A DNA stretch of 64,000 nucleotides from Eledone cirrhosa. Lineage: Eukaryota. The position numbers were made by a program, and so were the translations under genes. Shown here in pieces: positions 12,625-25,239 of this stretch; position 1 is the stretch's first letter, and each line of letters opens with the position of its first letter. The DNA lies in assembly GCA_964016885.1 (NCBI GenBank), contig OZ024743.1, positions 220,906,001-220,970,000 on the forward strand, given 5' to 3'. Under the pieces are notes generated by a model. It ran no database searches. It was not told the origin of the DNA and was given only the letters and a program-made list of their open reading frames with translations.

Positions 12625-13018
12625 AGTGTGTATGTGTGTGTGTATGTGTGTGTGTATGTGTGTATATCATATATATATATACATGGGGCGAATGCCCTAT
12701 TTTAAATGTATAATAAAAACCTCGATGAATAAATCCGTCACCTCAATATTTTAATGATACAGTTATGTCATAAACCTACAGCAGTGGAAGAATAGTAACA
12801 TATTTATCAAGTGTTTTAAAAACCTTACAGATAAACAACATTCCCGAATAACAGAAATAGATATCATTGATTTGTATCTCATCATATCATCTCTCCTAAG
12901 TAAGGCACTAGATGTAGAAAGGTTATTGTGATCTTTTCATATGCTAAGAAATCTTTACTTTTTGATAAAAAAAAGAATGTTACTTAATTATAGAGTTTTA
13001 TGTCAGTTTAGATATATA

Positions 13019-13170
13019 CTAGCAGAATGGCCCGGCGTTGCTCGGGATTTGCTCTGGGGTTCTTATATATTTGATATATATTTATCCTTATCGAGCCTCG
13101 TGAAATAAATACGTTTGTTTATATTTTGTTATTGTGTATGCAAAAATATCTGTACACGAACATATAATTA

Positions 13171-13265
<95 letters not shown>

Positions 13266-13669
13266 CAGATTAAAGTTTAAGCGAAGAATCGCTGCTTTCA
13301 CCCTTAACGGGATCTTCTGAAACTAAAAAAATCAATCTGTGAACGCAGAAGTAAATATTTCGAAAAACACGTAATAAATATATATATATACACACACTAT
13401 ATATATACATGTATACACACACAGATAGCGTCATAATGTCGTAATGCAGACAGCCAGACATACAAACAGATATTATAAGGCCGCAACCTCGTAGCTATGT
13501 ATCTATCTAAAAAGAAAGACTAAGAATTATAGCGAGATCGCTATAAATTGTTTTTGCTCAAAACACTGACACGACCATAAGTTTTACGTGTAAAGTTTGA
13601 GAACAATCGGTTGGGTGGTTCTCGAGTTTTAGGGAGTCAGACAGACATTCTCTGTTTTAGATATATAGA
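13019..13669 (-). mobile_element. Non-autonomous Helitron, copy 1, carrying PLE pseudo-LTR fragments
   Basis: On the minus strand: 5' TCTATATATCTAAAAC, 3' hairpin cccgagcaacgccggg about 8 nt before terminal CTAG, inserted between A and T, no TSD; second copy at 47340-48011. Confidence 0.85.
13274..13324 (-). ncRNA. Hammerhead-like motif with CAGAAGA core inside the Helitron
   Basis: agttt CAGAAGA t-ccc-gttaa-ggg-t GAA AGC...GCT T aaact. Confidence 0.55.
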
Positions 13670-14809
13670 TGATCTCCCCAGCCTAAACATTTTAGGACGT
13701 GTTGAAAAAGAAAGTTCACAATGACATCATTGCCATATATAGAAATAACGGATTACGCGTGATCCCTCACACTAATAGACACAAATTTAAGAAGTATCTT
13801 ATCAACATTTTTTGTACGCTAGTTTTGAAACAAAAAAAAGTCAATCTTTAAGAGAATTTCAGGCACAATATCACCTTTAATATAGAAAATATATCTTATT
13901 GCAATGAGATACTAATATATTCAAACAGAAACACTTAAATAGTGTTTATGAATCGAGGATGAGATATGAAATATATTACTGTGCATTAGCCGATCATGAG
14001 TCTGCATATCTTATTTTTTTAAACGAAACTTGCAATAAGTATAAGCCGACAAGATGGCGCATATCCCCTCTGTTGTACGTCTCTATAATCATATAAAAAG
14101 AGCCATGTATTTTATGTTTGATGTTTATAATATTGTGATAATCCCATGTAATACACTTTCAAACCTGTTTATGTATTTCTAAGTGGTATGGTGTGTCCGA
14201 TGCATTTTGTATAGATTATTCGATTAATTGGATGCATTATTCGAATTTTTTGAATATATTGTATAACTACTATACAAAATAAGCAACCCATGTCAATTTT
14301 ACCTCCTTCTGAAGATCAGATTATGAATGAATAGAAAATCTGTTGATGGATTTAAGAGGTTTATTCTAAAAAAAATTGTAAGTAAAACATTCATAATTTT
14401 CCTTGCTCGTCAAAAAGGAAAATCTATTCCTCCAACACACACACTCACACATGCACACATGCACACGCACACACACACGCATACACACACGCACACACAC
14501 ATATGTATATATATCTATATATATATATAGTGTAAACTTCATCATCATATATTTCTACATTCCTTACTTGTCAAATAGGAAAATCTATTTCCCAATTCCC
14601 CAACACACACACACACAAATATATATACATGGGGGTGGTTATATATACACACTTTATCATCAGATATATTCATACATATCCTGCTTGTTTGAAATGTATT
14701 GCCCGAGTGTCGGTAAGATAAGTATCACCCTTATACTGATATTGATTTACTCGAGTATGTCTTATCAAAAATATTGCCATGAAGTGCCTAGTTTATAAAT
14801 CGCCCTTAG

Positions 14810-14863
<54 letters not shown>

Positions 14864-15691
14864 CAATGGCCAGCATAAACTTTGATCATAATACATTTAG
14901 TTGTTTTTACTTGAACACACAACGTTTCGAATTGTTAAGAAATTCGTATCGCAATCATTAGGTCATGAGTTTTACAGTGAGTGACATCTTGGGCAAGTTT
15001 TATTTATTTTTTATCTCTAGACAGGGGTTGATGCATTTTGAGTGAAATTGGGAAGACTGAAATCGTTTATAATTCCATCGTATTCAGTGAGCGTCAAAGG
15101 GCCAGCCATGTCACATACTGAACTAGCTGACTCACCCTGAGGATTATATTAAGGGCACGTATAACTGTGGAGTGCTGAGCCATTAATCTTATTAGCAGGT
15201 TGTTCAGGTCACTGAACTATTAGAAGATTATCCCTGAAAGCGAGGTGCATTTTCTTCTCAAACATTTCTTTACATCTCCAGTTCAATTGAATTTCATTGT
15301 TTCGTCGTTGATAAAATGAAATGATCTCACTAATGCGGTTTCCATTATATTAAAGAAAGTTAATCAATATTAAGATTAAAAAACCCTACACCTATACCAT
15401 CTCTGAGATATCGAAGATCATTAAAGAATCTCTAGGTCATGCTGACATTCCTCTATATGTTGGCTAGGAATCTAACAACCGTAGATTTCTGTATATTCTT
15501 TCAGCATCATATTTGAACATTAACAAAATATCCTCCAGTGATGTAAGCCGCAAAGTTCAACGTTGCATTTTATCATCTAGTAGGTCGATAAACCAGTTTA
15601 GCACCTGGGTCGATAATATCAAATTTACACTTCACCTAAAATATGTTGTTCTAGTGTCTGAATTACAATTCATTCTTATTACGTCTGGTAA

Positions 15692-16110
15692 GAGGGCAGT
15701 GGATTGGCAGAATCGTTAGTGCGTCGGACAAAATGCTTTGCAGCATTTAGTTACGGCCCTTTATATTCTGCGTTTCAAATCCCACCAAGGTCAATTATTT
15801 CTACCATCATTCTTGTGTCGATAAACGAAGCACCACTCGAGTATTGGGATGGATATAATCGAATTTCCCCTCCCATCAAATTATTAACTTTGTGCCAATG
15901 TCAGAAACGAATATGACGTCTATAAACGAAGACTATTTGGATTGCAGAGTCGTTAAAATGACGTATAAAATGACATGATGGTTTCAATGCTACCAAGATC
16001 AACTTTGCAATTCAACTTTCTGGCATCAACAATAAAATACCAGTAAACTACTGGTTGTATATTATCAACTACCCGCAAATTTCTAGTCTTGTATCAAAGT
16101 TAGGAATAAT
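15692..16110 (+). mobile_element. Two tandem diverged SINE copies (family of 2090)
   Basis: gggcagtggattggcagaatcgttag...tcaaatcccaccaagg; second head ggattgcagagtcgttaaa at ~15940. Confidence 0.7.
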
Positions 16111-16579
16111 AATTACTGTATCAACAACGAACTGTTGCCTCTGAAGTTGTTGTTTATCTTGTTTTTGTTGTTGTCATTGCTTTAGCTTTTAGTCATACAT
16201 GAAGGAAAATGCATATCATTAAATGAGTTTAAAGCGGGAAATATATCCATGCATTTAAAACAGCATCAACTGTTTTGAGGAGGGATTTGACATTTGTTTC
16301 TAGCAGGTCGTCCGGAAAACAACATTGAGACTCCCTCTAGTCTGGTTTGATACGAGGATGGAATAAGAAGATAAATTTGATAGAGATACGGTCATTTGCA
16401 CAATGTTAGATTGTGAGAGCACTTAGGAAATTATTTCTCAATCATTGCTATCGGTTTCCATTGTTTTAATTAATGAAACAGATAGACCAGTTGAACATAC
16501 GGTGTGTTGCGCTGCTTATGATAAGAGGATATGGTATAGTGGTTACAACGTCCGATAATGGATAGTCTGGATAATGCGA

Positions 16580-16663
<84 letters not shown>

Positions 16664-16839
16664 GTGTGTGTGTGTGTGTGTATAGATCCATATATAATAC
16701 AGGATATGTGTATACACATACAGAAAGATACCCACGCACGAACACACACACACACATATGTATGTATATATATATAGTTAAATATTAGACAGGAACAAAA
16801 TACAGAGAGACTGTACAAATGGTAGTTTATTAGGTTCAG

Positions 16840-16996
16840 AAGTAAAACACTGGAAGATAATATCCGTAGTGGTAGAGCACTCAGTCCAAGGGATGAGTTA
16901 GGTAGCAGTGGTAACACAACAGTTAGTTTACCATACCGAGAACAATTGTTTCACGTTAGCGGATCATCAGCTGAGGGTACACTAAGGTGAAACAAT
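16840..16996 (-). mobile_element. Family B hammerhead element with short inversion
   Basis: Homologous to 2639-2778; HHR motif 16937-16974 (CTGATGA...GAAAC aatt GTT); inverted ctaaggtgaaacaat at 16982-16996. Confidence 0.65.
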
Positions 16997-17002
16997 ATAC
17001 CA

Positions 17003-17043
<41 letters not shown>

Positions 17044-17111
17044 CCAGTTAGAGGTTGTGAATACTTCTTATTATGGATAATTTTAGCGTACGGCGTTGTT
17101 TGATTCAACAA

Positions 17112-17273
17112 GAGGTTTCCGAAGATCTTGTCGAGCTGACATCGTATTTAAAATTGAGTTGCACTGCTTCTAGTGTTCAGCAATTTTTAGACAACTTTAT
17201 CAGTGAAACAATTGCTAGACTGTAAATAAATCCCCTTATTTGTATTGTTGACCATGTTATTCTCTACTTTTTC

Positions 17274-17278
<5 letters not shown>
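17112..17278 (+). mobile_element. Solo copy of the PLE terminus at 11355-11522
   Basis: Alignable along its length with 11360-11522; ends at (TA)n at the same position (actttttcaatt). Confidence 0.8.
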
Positions 17279-17318
<40 letters not shown>

Positions 17319-17323
<5 letters not shown>

Positions 17324-17590
17324 GGAAGCAGAACATTTCTTATTGTAATCCAGGCCAGTTTAATGGACGGTTTCAACGTACGGCTAGGGGTAACTCCACA
17401 AGTTTGTAAGAATCACGTTCAATCTTGGAGTGTAAAGGATAAAAGAGAAAACACAGGTAAGCATTAAAAAAAGGATTTTATCCAGGTATTTACGACCGTT
17501 TCATTGGTAAGTGCGACCTTATATTGCTATACTGCAAATAGCAGCCACTCAATAATAATTGTTGTACACGTCCAAATTTTCAAAATAGTG
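17319..17590 (-). mobile_element. PLE-type terminus with decayed hammerhead
   Basis: Minus strand tatt TTGAAAA...ccaat GAAAC ggtc GTA aata (17486-17587); abuts (TA)n. Confidence 0.4.
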
Positions 17591-17875
17591 AATAAGTTAC
17601 TCTTAACAAGTTCTTAATATATAGAAAAACATTTTTTGGAATTGTATTTGCTAGTATAGAGAGAGAGAGGAAAGGAATTAGAAAGTGGAGGGTCAAAGGG
17701 AGTAGTATAGAGATGGAGGAATGGGGAGATGAATTAGGAAGTAGGGTGACAAACTGAGATGAAGGGAGCGGTGGCGGTGGAAGGAATCTTTGATCAGTTT
17801 TGATATATGTAGACATGATGTCGTCGATTTAGAGTGTAGTGAGGTAAAGAGAATTAAATTGTTTATAGTAGGAGG

Positions 17876-17942
<67 letters not shown>

Positions 17943-17953
17943 AGAGAGAGAGG

Positions 17954-18035
<82 letters not shown>

Positions 18036-18119
18036 AAAAAGACGATCGACTTTCGTCAAATCGGACCGAGGGAACAATGTTTCCGTTGGTCTTTCCAATT
18101 GCTAATACTATCTATCGGT

Positions 18120-18250
18120 CGCAACTCCAGGTAGAAGGAGCAACGTGAAATAAAGTGTCTTGCTCAAGGACATAACGCATCGCCTGGTCCAGGAATCGAA
18201 CTCACAACCAGGCGATTGCGAATCCAATTCTCTAACCACTCAGCCACACG
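18120..18250 (-). mobile_element. tRNA-head CORE-type SINE, 5' part
   Basis: Minus strand gtggctgagtggttag (A box)...gagttcgattcc (B box)...tgtccttgagcaagacactttatttcac (CORE-like). Confidence 0.8.
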
Positions 18251-18277
18251 CCATTATATATATAATAATAATAATAA

Positions 18278-18555
18278 GGGTTGACGGACCCAGCATATTT
18301 ATCAATGCCAGTACCGGTTGTATCTCAGCGTACTCAATGGGCAATGTAAGATACATTACCAGAGTAGACACATAGTTATTTGCCTCAACACAACACGCGT
18401 AAAACGGGTGCCTATAAGGTTCCCGGACTCGAGTTTCTGCAGCACTAATGCAGCAGTAAGGTGCACTGCACCATCTGTCTGCATATATTATGCAACAATG
18501 CACAATCGGCTTAAGCGGCTTCATCAGCGGGTATCGCCTAATCAATAACCAATCG

Positions 18556-18558
<3 letters not shown>
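18278..18558 (-). mobile_element. Short hammerhead-bearing element between microsatellites
   Basis: HHR 18422-18531; ATTGAGTAC motif at 18330-18338; (TAA)n/(TA)n flanks. Confidence 0.65.
18422..18531 (-). ncRNA. Type I hammerhead with ~83-nt multi-hairpin insertion in place of stem II
   Basis: Minus strand cccg CTGATGA ... GAAAC tcga GTC cggg; canonical GUC triplet, palindromic stem III; closing helix of stem II not obvious. Confidence 0.6.
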
Positions 18559-18591
<33 letters not shown>

Positions 18592-18724
18592 CTCTATTTG
18601 TACTTCTGAAGAAGGGCTTAAGCACGTCACCTCGACCCTTCACTCCAATATAAAGCGTGAAACTAATAAGACCTTTCGTACGTCTGTTTGTTAGCTCCTA
18701 TATATATATATGAGCCTCATGTCT

Positions 18725-19000
18725 AAAGTCTATCCCAAGCCCCGAGACTCATTAGGTCGGTGCTTATACCAGTTTCCTTGCCATTAAGGGAGCGTGAGTA
18801 GAAGACTCTGCATTTCTACAATGGGCAGGGCAGGGGTCCATCGCAGGTTTAAACACCCGGCTACTGCTAGTATTCAGGTTTAGCTGAGAATACCGGAACA
18901 ATGTGAAATGAAGTATTATACTCAAGAACGCAATACACAACTCAGAAGTCAAACCCGCGACCTTATCATCGTAAATCCAACACTCCAACTACTAGGCCAC
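18725..19000 (-). mobile_element. Diverged tRNA/CORE-type SINE
   Basis: Minus strand gtggcctagtagttggag...gggtttgacttc...ttcttgagtataatacttcatttcac...aacctgcgatggac. Confidence 0.55.
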
Positions 19001-19014
19001 ATAACGTCACGTAT

Positions 19015-19193
19015 ATAGGAAAATATTTAACCCCGACGGCAGAGCTCAAGCCGTTTCGACCGCTATTTCTGGACTCAGTTCCGAAATAGCCGTCAAAACG
19101 GCTTGAGCTCTGCCGTCGAGGTTAAACATTTTCCTATTACCCACTCTACTACCCTAACTATTGAGTCCATCTGGTTCCTTACCACACTTCCTT

Positions 19194-19196
<3 letters not shown>
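19015..19196 (+). mobile_element. Family A fold-back element, copy 2 (internal deletion)
   Basis: Same hairpin and tail as 3498-3707, opposite orientation; ends in (TA)n. Confidence 0.8.
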
Positions 19197-19280
<84 letters not shown>

Positions 19281-19852
19281 TTTATCGTATATAAATATAT
19301 AATATATACTTGGCGTGTATATGAAAGCATATACTATATGATTATATACAATAAACGTTACTTAAATTTTTTTTTTTCTTGAACACATTATAGATACGTC
19401 CGTCAGTAGTAGTCGGGAATGCCAGATTGCGCTGTTTGAAGACGCAAAAATCTCTTGTCAGTAACATTCACTGAACTGATAGAGACAAGTTCGCACTATA
19501 TGCAAATGGTCATTTCCAGCGGATGGTTTTTATTTACTGTATACGAATGAGCCTTTCCAGCAAATGTTCATCAAGCAAAATCTATATAGACTCCAGTTTA
19601 TGTCCGTCCCTGTCAGTAAGGGTTGAGTGAATATCATTTATATGAGTCTAATGAATCATGAAACAGCACTGCCTGGCATTCTTCATTAATACTGACATAA
19701 CTGACGTATAGTATTCACTGAGAAAAGGAGAAAAATAAATTTTTTCCATTTTTTTTTTGTCTTTGACAGCGATTCTTACATATATTTATCGTATATAAAT
19801 ATATAATATATACTTTCATATACATCCTACAGTTGTCTCAGTGCTAGACCCA

Positions 19853-19885
<33 letters not shown>

Positions 19886-20419
19886 GTTTCTACTTAGACA
19901 ATAATATTATATTATTTAAACTTGATTCATATGCATTGTATGCTGATTCAGTTAATATTCCAATGTTTTCTACACGCATTCTAATATCATTTTTCAACCT
20001 ACAATTTTGAATTAAAAATATCTTATCGAAGGATAAAAAGAACATTAACCATAGAAATTAATGTTCAATAACATTTCAAAATATAAAAGTAATTTTTGTT
20101 CTTTCACACAGAATATAAAATAATAACCAATGTTGCTTCAGGGCATGATGTCATTGTATGAGGATTATAAACTTCTTTTATTGTAAGTGGTTGTTTTTTT
20201 TTTTTTAATACTAGCAGTGAGACTTTCAATACCTATTTGTGACCTTTTTCCTTTAGGTAACGTAAATGAAGATTCCTTTTCTGGTAATCGTACCTGTGAC
20301 GTAATGACGTCATACATTTTTAACTGAGGTTAGGTAAAGAGAGTAAAAAGACACATTACGAAAATTGTTAAGCTCTAAATTTATTTGTTTCTCATAGAAA
20401 CATGTTAATCTAATTTGTG

Positions 20420-21199
20420 AGAATGAGCAGCAGTGTTGTCATGTTGGATAATATATTGGCAGCTTCGTTAGAATAAAAATATTTGTGTGAAATTGCTTCA
20501 TTTTGTCTGAATATGTACGAAGATGCCTGAATGGTGTTCTATTTTTTAGCTTAGTCAATCAGTATAGCAAGATCTTTGGCAAATGAATGCAGCGCAATAT
20601 TGCTGGTTTTGACGAGGAACAGCAGTTGGAACGCTCCTACTGGTATGAAACAAATTTAATCTACGCTGTTCAAATCAAGTGTGACAAAATTGCCTGACGA
20701 AGTTCACAACAATTCAAACGATTTAGCCACCACTATAGAGACACAATAGAGTGTTTGTGTCCGACGCGTTAGCTTTAGCAATGTATCCTTCTCCAAGATT
20801 CCAGCAACCTCTGACAACTATATAATGCAGACCAAGCAACCACATAGATAATCGGATAAATGGAAACATTCAGGGGTCAAACTAAATGCTTTCCATTCCT
20901 CTGAATCTGGAAGCTTCTACTGAAGATAGAATGGGTATTCCAGTGGCTCTGGACCCCTCTTTGTAGCAACAACATTTTCTCTATTCTCCTGAATCTAAAA
21001 TTCCTGCTAGGGATGGAATTAATATTTCAATAACTCTGAATCCTCTTTGTGGCAAAGAAACAAGGTCAATGTTGATGATTTCTTCTAAGAAAAAATACCA
21101 AAATAGATATTTTTAGAAGCAACCAAGCCCCTTCCCCCCGGTCAACTCTAAGGCGCCCCAGCCTTTCAAACCAATCCCAGCCAAATCATGTATCCCCTG
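20420..21199 (+). mobile_element. Possible highly decayed hAT-type transposase remnant
   Basis: Short traces across frames: NIAG, EEQQL, TNL, and LCPTR* (cf. LCPTRW) at ~20755; weak. Confidence 0.3.
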
Positions 21200-21630
21200 T
21201 TCAAAGGGTCCCACATAGCAGTCTGCAACCACAACAACCATCCCCTGCCTCCTCCCCCTCTTCCCCCCCCCCCTGCTTCTACCCTCTCCAGTCACAAGCA
21301 AGCCATTAGCAGAGAAGGATGGGCAGACAAATTGATTTTCTTCTCTGAAATGTGCAAATTAACTTTTCTTCCCCTCTCTCTCTCTCTATATATATATATA
21401 TTGTTTGTTATTATCATTATTTTCAATATTTGTACAAATATGCAACTTAAAAATATTCTGCATATCCGCAATTGACAATGCATTTAATGCTGAAACCGGT
21501 ATGGTAAATAAATTAATGCTTTGAAATTTCACTAAAAAATCTCTTCAACATTTTCTACTGAAAAAATCTTTTTCCTTTCTACTATTTGTTTATATATATA
21601 TATATCAATTGGTGTGTTACCTTTCTACAT

Positions 21631-21730
<100 letters not shown>

Positions 21731-22040
21731 GAGAGAGAGAGATCTTTAATCTTTCATTTCTAAGAAATCATTTCTATATCAAAGTAAGGAAGCCTACACT
21801 TTACTGACGTACTAAGTACATATTTTAGCTATATACATCGGGAATCCACATATTATATATATATATATATATATATATTGAGTTGTAATAAAATGAAAAC
21901 GAAATTTCATTTCTCACTCTTAGCACGGCACTTACTTACGGCATACATTCAGGCTGTTCAGTTTGTTTTCAAACGAACAAAGCGGGTGCTATAATAAGCG
22001 TACTGATGCCTACATATACGTATGTGTACCTGTATGTGTA

Positions 22041-22124
<84 letters not shown>

Positions 22125-22360
22125 TGCTACTGTACGTCTGTATACATATATGTATGTACGTATACATACATACTTACATTTAAGTAAGTGCCGTACTAAG
22201 AGTGAGAAATGAAATTTCGTTTTCATTCTATTACAACTCATCGTTTTCGGTGCGCCTGACCGATTTAACTCACTCAATATGCAAATTAGGCTGCTCAGCC
22301 GTTAATTTTCATAACAAAAGTATATACTTTCGAACGTTCAACTATCTGGCAGATGGGTAT

Positions 22361-22403
22361 ACGGTGCTGATGATAGCTAACAAGCTTGAAACTAGTACAT
22401 CGT
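22361..22403 (+). ncRNA. Minimal type I hammerhead ribozyme, apparently intact
   Basis: acggtg CTGATGA t-agc-taacaa-gct-t GAAAC ta GTA catcgt; palindromic stem III ACTAGT. Confidence 0.85.
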
Positions 22404-22553
22404 TCCTGTGTGAGTGTTGAACAAAAAGGTGACGTGGTTGCCTTAACACCGTGCGGCATAAATTCAGGCTGTTCAGTTTGTTTACAAACGAACAAAGCGG
22501 GTGCTATAATAAGCGTCCGCTAAACTGATGCGTACATATATGTATGTGTACCT

Positions 22554-22620
<67 letters not shown>

Positions 22621-22624
<4 letters not shown>

Positions 22625-23080
22625 GAATCTCAAATTGTAATACGTGACGTATTCTATTCTATAGCGATTAGGTCTTCAAAATGTTTATTATAAACATACA
22701 GAATATTTTCGAATATTCTATGTTTGTCTTCACATATATATCGCTATTTCGGAGCATTAAATCCAAATTCTAATTTCTGCCGGACCGGCAACCCCTCTTT
22801 CAAACCAGTTCCTGTACACAGCTAAGTATTCTATAAGTCTCTAGCTGTGTCATTCTCGATAAAAGCATTGGATATGTAATCCTGATGATTTCAAATAAGA
22901 ATGAAACGCGTAGGTTACTTCCCTTGCTTTTATCGAGAATCTCAAATTGTAATACGTGACGTATTCTATTCTATAGCGATTAGGTCTTCAAAATGTTTAT
23001 TATAAACATACAGAATATTTTCGAATATTCTATGTTTGTCTTCACATATATATCGCTATTTCAGAGCATTAAATCCAAAT
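22621..23080 (+). mobile_element. Nested 312-nt retrozyme-like element (about 1.5 units) inserted in the (TA)n of the 504-nt unit
   Basis: Direct repeat 22621-22768 and 22933-23080 (period 312); single HHR between; (TA)n on both sides. Confidence 0.85.
22876..22918 (+). ncRNA. Minimal type I hammerhead ribozyme, apparently intact
   Basis: gtaatc CTGATGA t-ttc-aaataa-gaa-t GAAAC gc GTA ggttac; palindromic stem III ACGCGT; flanks ttctcgataaaagca/tgcttttatcgagaa can pair. Confidence 0.85.
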
Positions 23081-23337
23081 ATATATATATATATATATGC
23101 ATGCTACTGTACGTCTGTATACATATATGTATGTACGTATACATACATACTTACATTTAAGTAAGTGCCGTACTAAGAGTGAAAAATGAAATTTCGTTTT
23201 CATTTTATTACAACTCATCGTTTTCGGTGCGCCTGACCGATTTAACTCACTCGATATGCAAATTAGGCTGCTCAGCTGTTAATTTTCATAAGGAAAGTAT
23301 ATACTTTCGAACGTTCAACTATCTGGCAGATGGGTAT

Positions 23338-23380
23338 ACGGTGCTGATGATAGCTAACAAGCTTGAAACTAGTGCATCGT
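23338..23380 (+). ncRNA. Minimal hammerhead, cleavage triplet changed to GUG
   Basis: Identical to 22361-22403 except GTA>GTG. Confidence 0.75.
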
Positions 23381-23539
23381 TCCTGTGTCAGTGTTGAACA
23401 AAAAGGTGACGTGGTTGTCTTAACACCGTGCAGCATAAATTCAGGCTGTTCAGTTTGTTTACAAACGAACAAAGCGGGTGCTATAATGAGCGTCCGCTAA
23501 ACTGATGCGTACATATATGTATGTGTACCTGTATGTGTA

Positions 23540-23605
<66 letters not shown>

Positions 23606-23841
23606 TGCTACTGTACGTCTGTATACATATATGTATGTACGTATACATACATACTTACATTTAAGTAAGTGCCGTACTAAGAGTGAGAAATGAAATTTCG
23701 TTTTCATTTTATTACAACTCATCGTTTTCGGTGCGCCTGACCGATTTAACTCACTCGATATGCAAATTAGGCTGCTCAGCTGTTAATTTTCATAAGGAAA
23801 GTATATACTTTCGAACGTTCAACTATCTGGCAGATGGGTAT

Positions 23842-23884
23842 ACGGTGCTGATGATAGCTAACAAGCTTGAAACTAGTGCATCGT
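23842..23884 (+). ncRNA. Minimal hammerhead, cleavage triplet changed to GUG
   Basis: Identical to 23338-23380. Confidence 0.75.
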
Positions 23885-24163
23885 TCCTGTGTCAGTGTTG
23901 AACAAAAAGGTGACGTGGTTGCCTTAACACCGTGCAGCATAAATTCAGGCTGTTCAGTTTGTTTACAAACGAACAAAGCGGGTGCTATAATAAGCGTCCG
24001 CTAAACTGATGCGTACATATATGTATGTGTACCTGTATGTGTATATATGTATATATATATATATATATATGCATGCTACTGTACTTCTGTATACATATAT
24101 GTATGTACGTATACATACATACTTACATATATATATATTAATATATATATATATATATATATA

Positions 24164-24497
<334 letters not shown>

Positions 24498-25239
24498 TAT
24501 AGTTTAATAAATGAACAGAGAACAAAAAACAGAGAGACAGTACAAATGATATACACACACACATATATATTTACATTTGTATCCATATCTATATAGATAC
24601 ATTCAAATATGTGTTGCGTATATATATATATATATGCTGCTGATGACGATAATGATGAAGATGATGAAAATATGAATGACGTGTATTTTTGATATTTCCG
24701 TCCATCAAACATCACTTGCAACTATTTTTATGTGATGTTACATTATACAGTGCAAACACAAAACAACTTTCAATACTATGCCACATTCTCAGTGGTTATA
24801 ACTGAATGTTTTATATATTTTACTTCATATCAGAGAATTATTTAATATGATAGTGTACATCATGAAAACTATGCTTTTCTCTATGTCCTTTATTTAATAA
24901 TGTACTTTTGGTTTGGTTAGATTATGTACAGATCATTTAATATAATAAAATGATAACATTCGCTAGTAAGGTAAATGTTATGTTTTATTGTAACATAACA
25001 GTAAGATGAACTTATTAAAGTTGTGTTATTGCACTCATGACTTTAATAATATATGCCTATATTATTAAATATGTGTGTGTATATATATATATATCACCAC
25101 GAAGGAGAGAAAAACACAACTGTATATATAGATACAACTGTATATATATATAGATACAACTGTATATATATAGATACAACTGTATATATATATAGATATC
25201 ATGCATAGATATCAGCAGTATCTATGGTTTCACATGGAA

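Larger units (their letters stand above)
21879..24128 (+). mobile_element. Tandem retrozyme-like array (~504-nt unit, three hammerheads, internal (TA)n) with 60-bp 5' inversion
   Basis: Unit repeats with HHRs at 22361, 23338 and 23842 (504-bp spacing for the last two); 21879-21938 is the reverse complement of 22181-22240; no credible ORF. Confidence 0.85.

Noticed and set aside
18150-18250. tRNA-like sequence
   Set aside because: It is the head of a SINE continuing into a CORE-like domain, not a tRNA gene.
22202-23976. Repeated 72-aa and 66-aa ORFs in the tandem array
   Set aside because: They recur only because the DNA is repeated; non-ATG starts, no recognisable domain, and they overlap the ribozyme.
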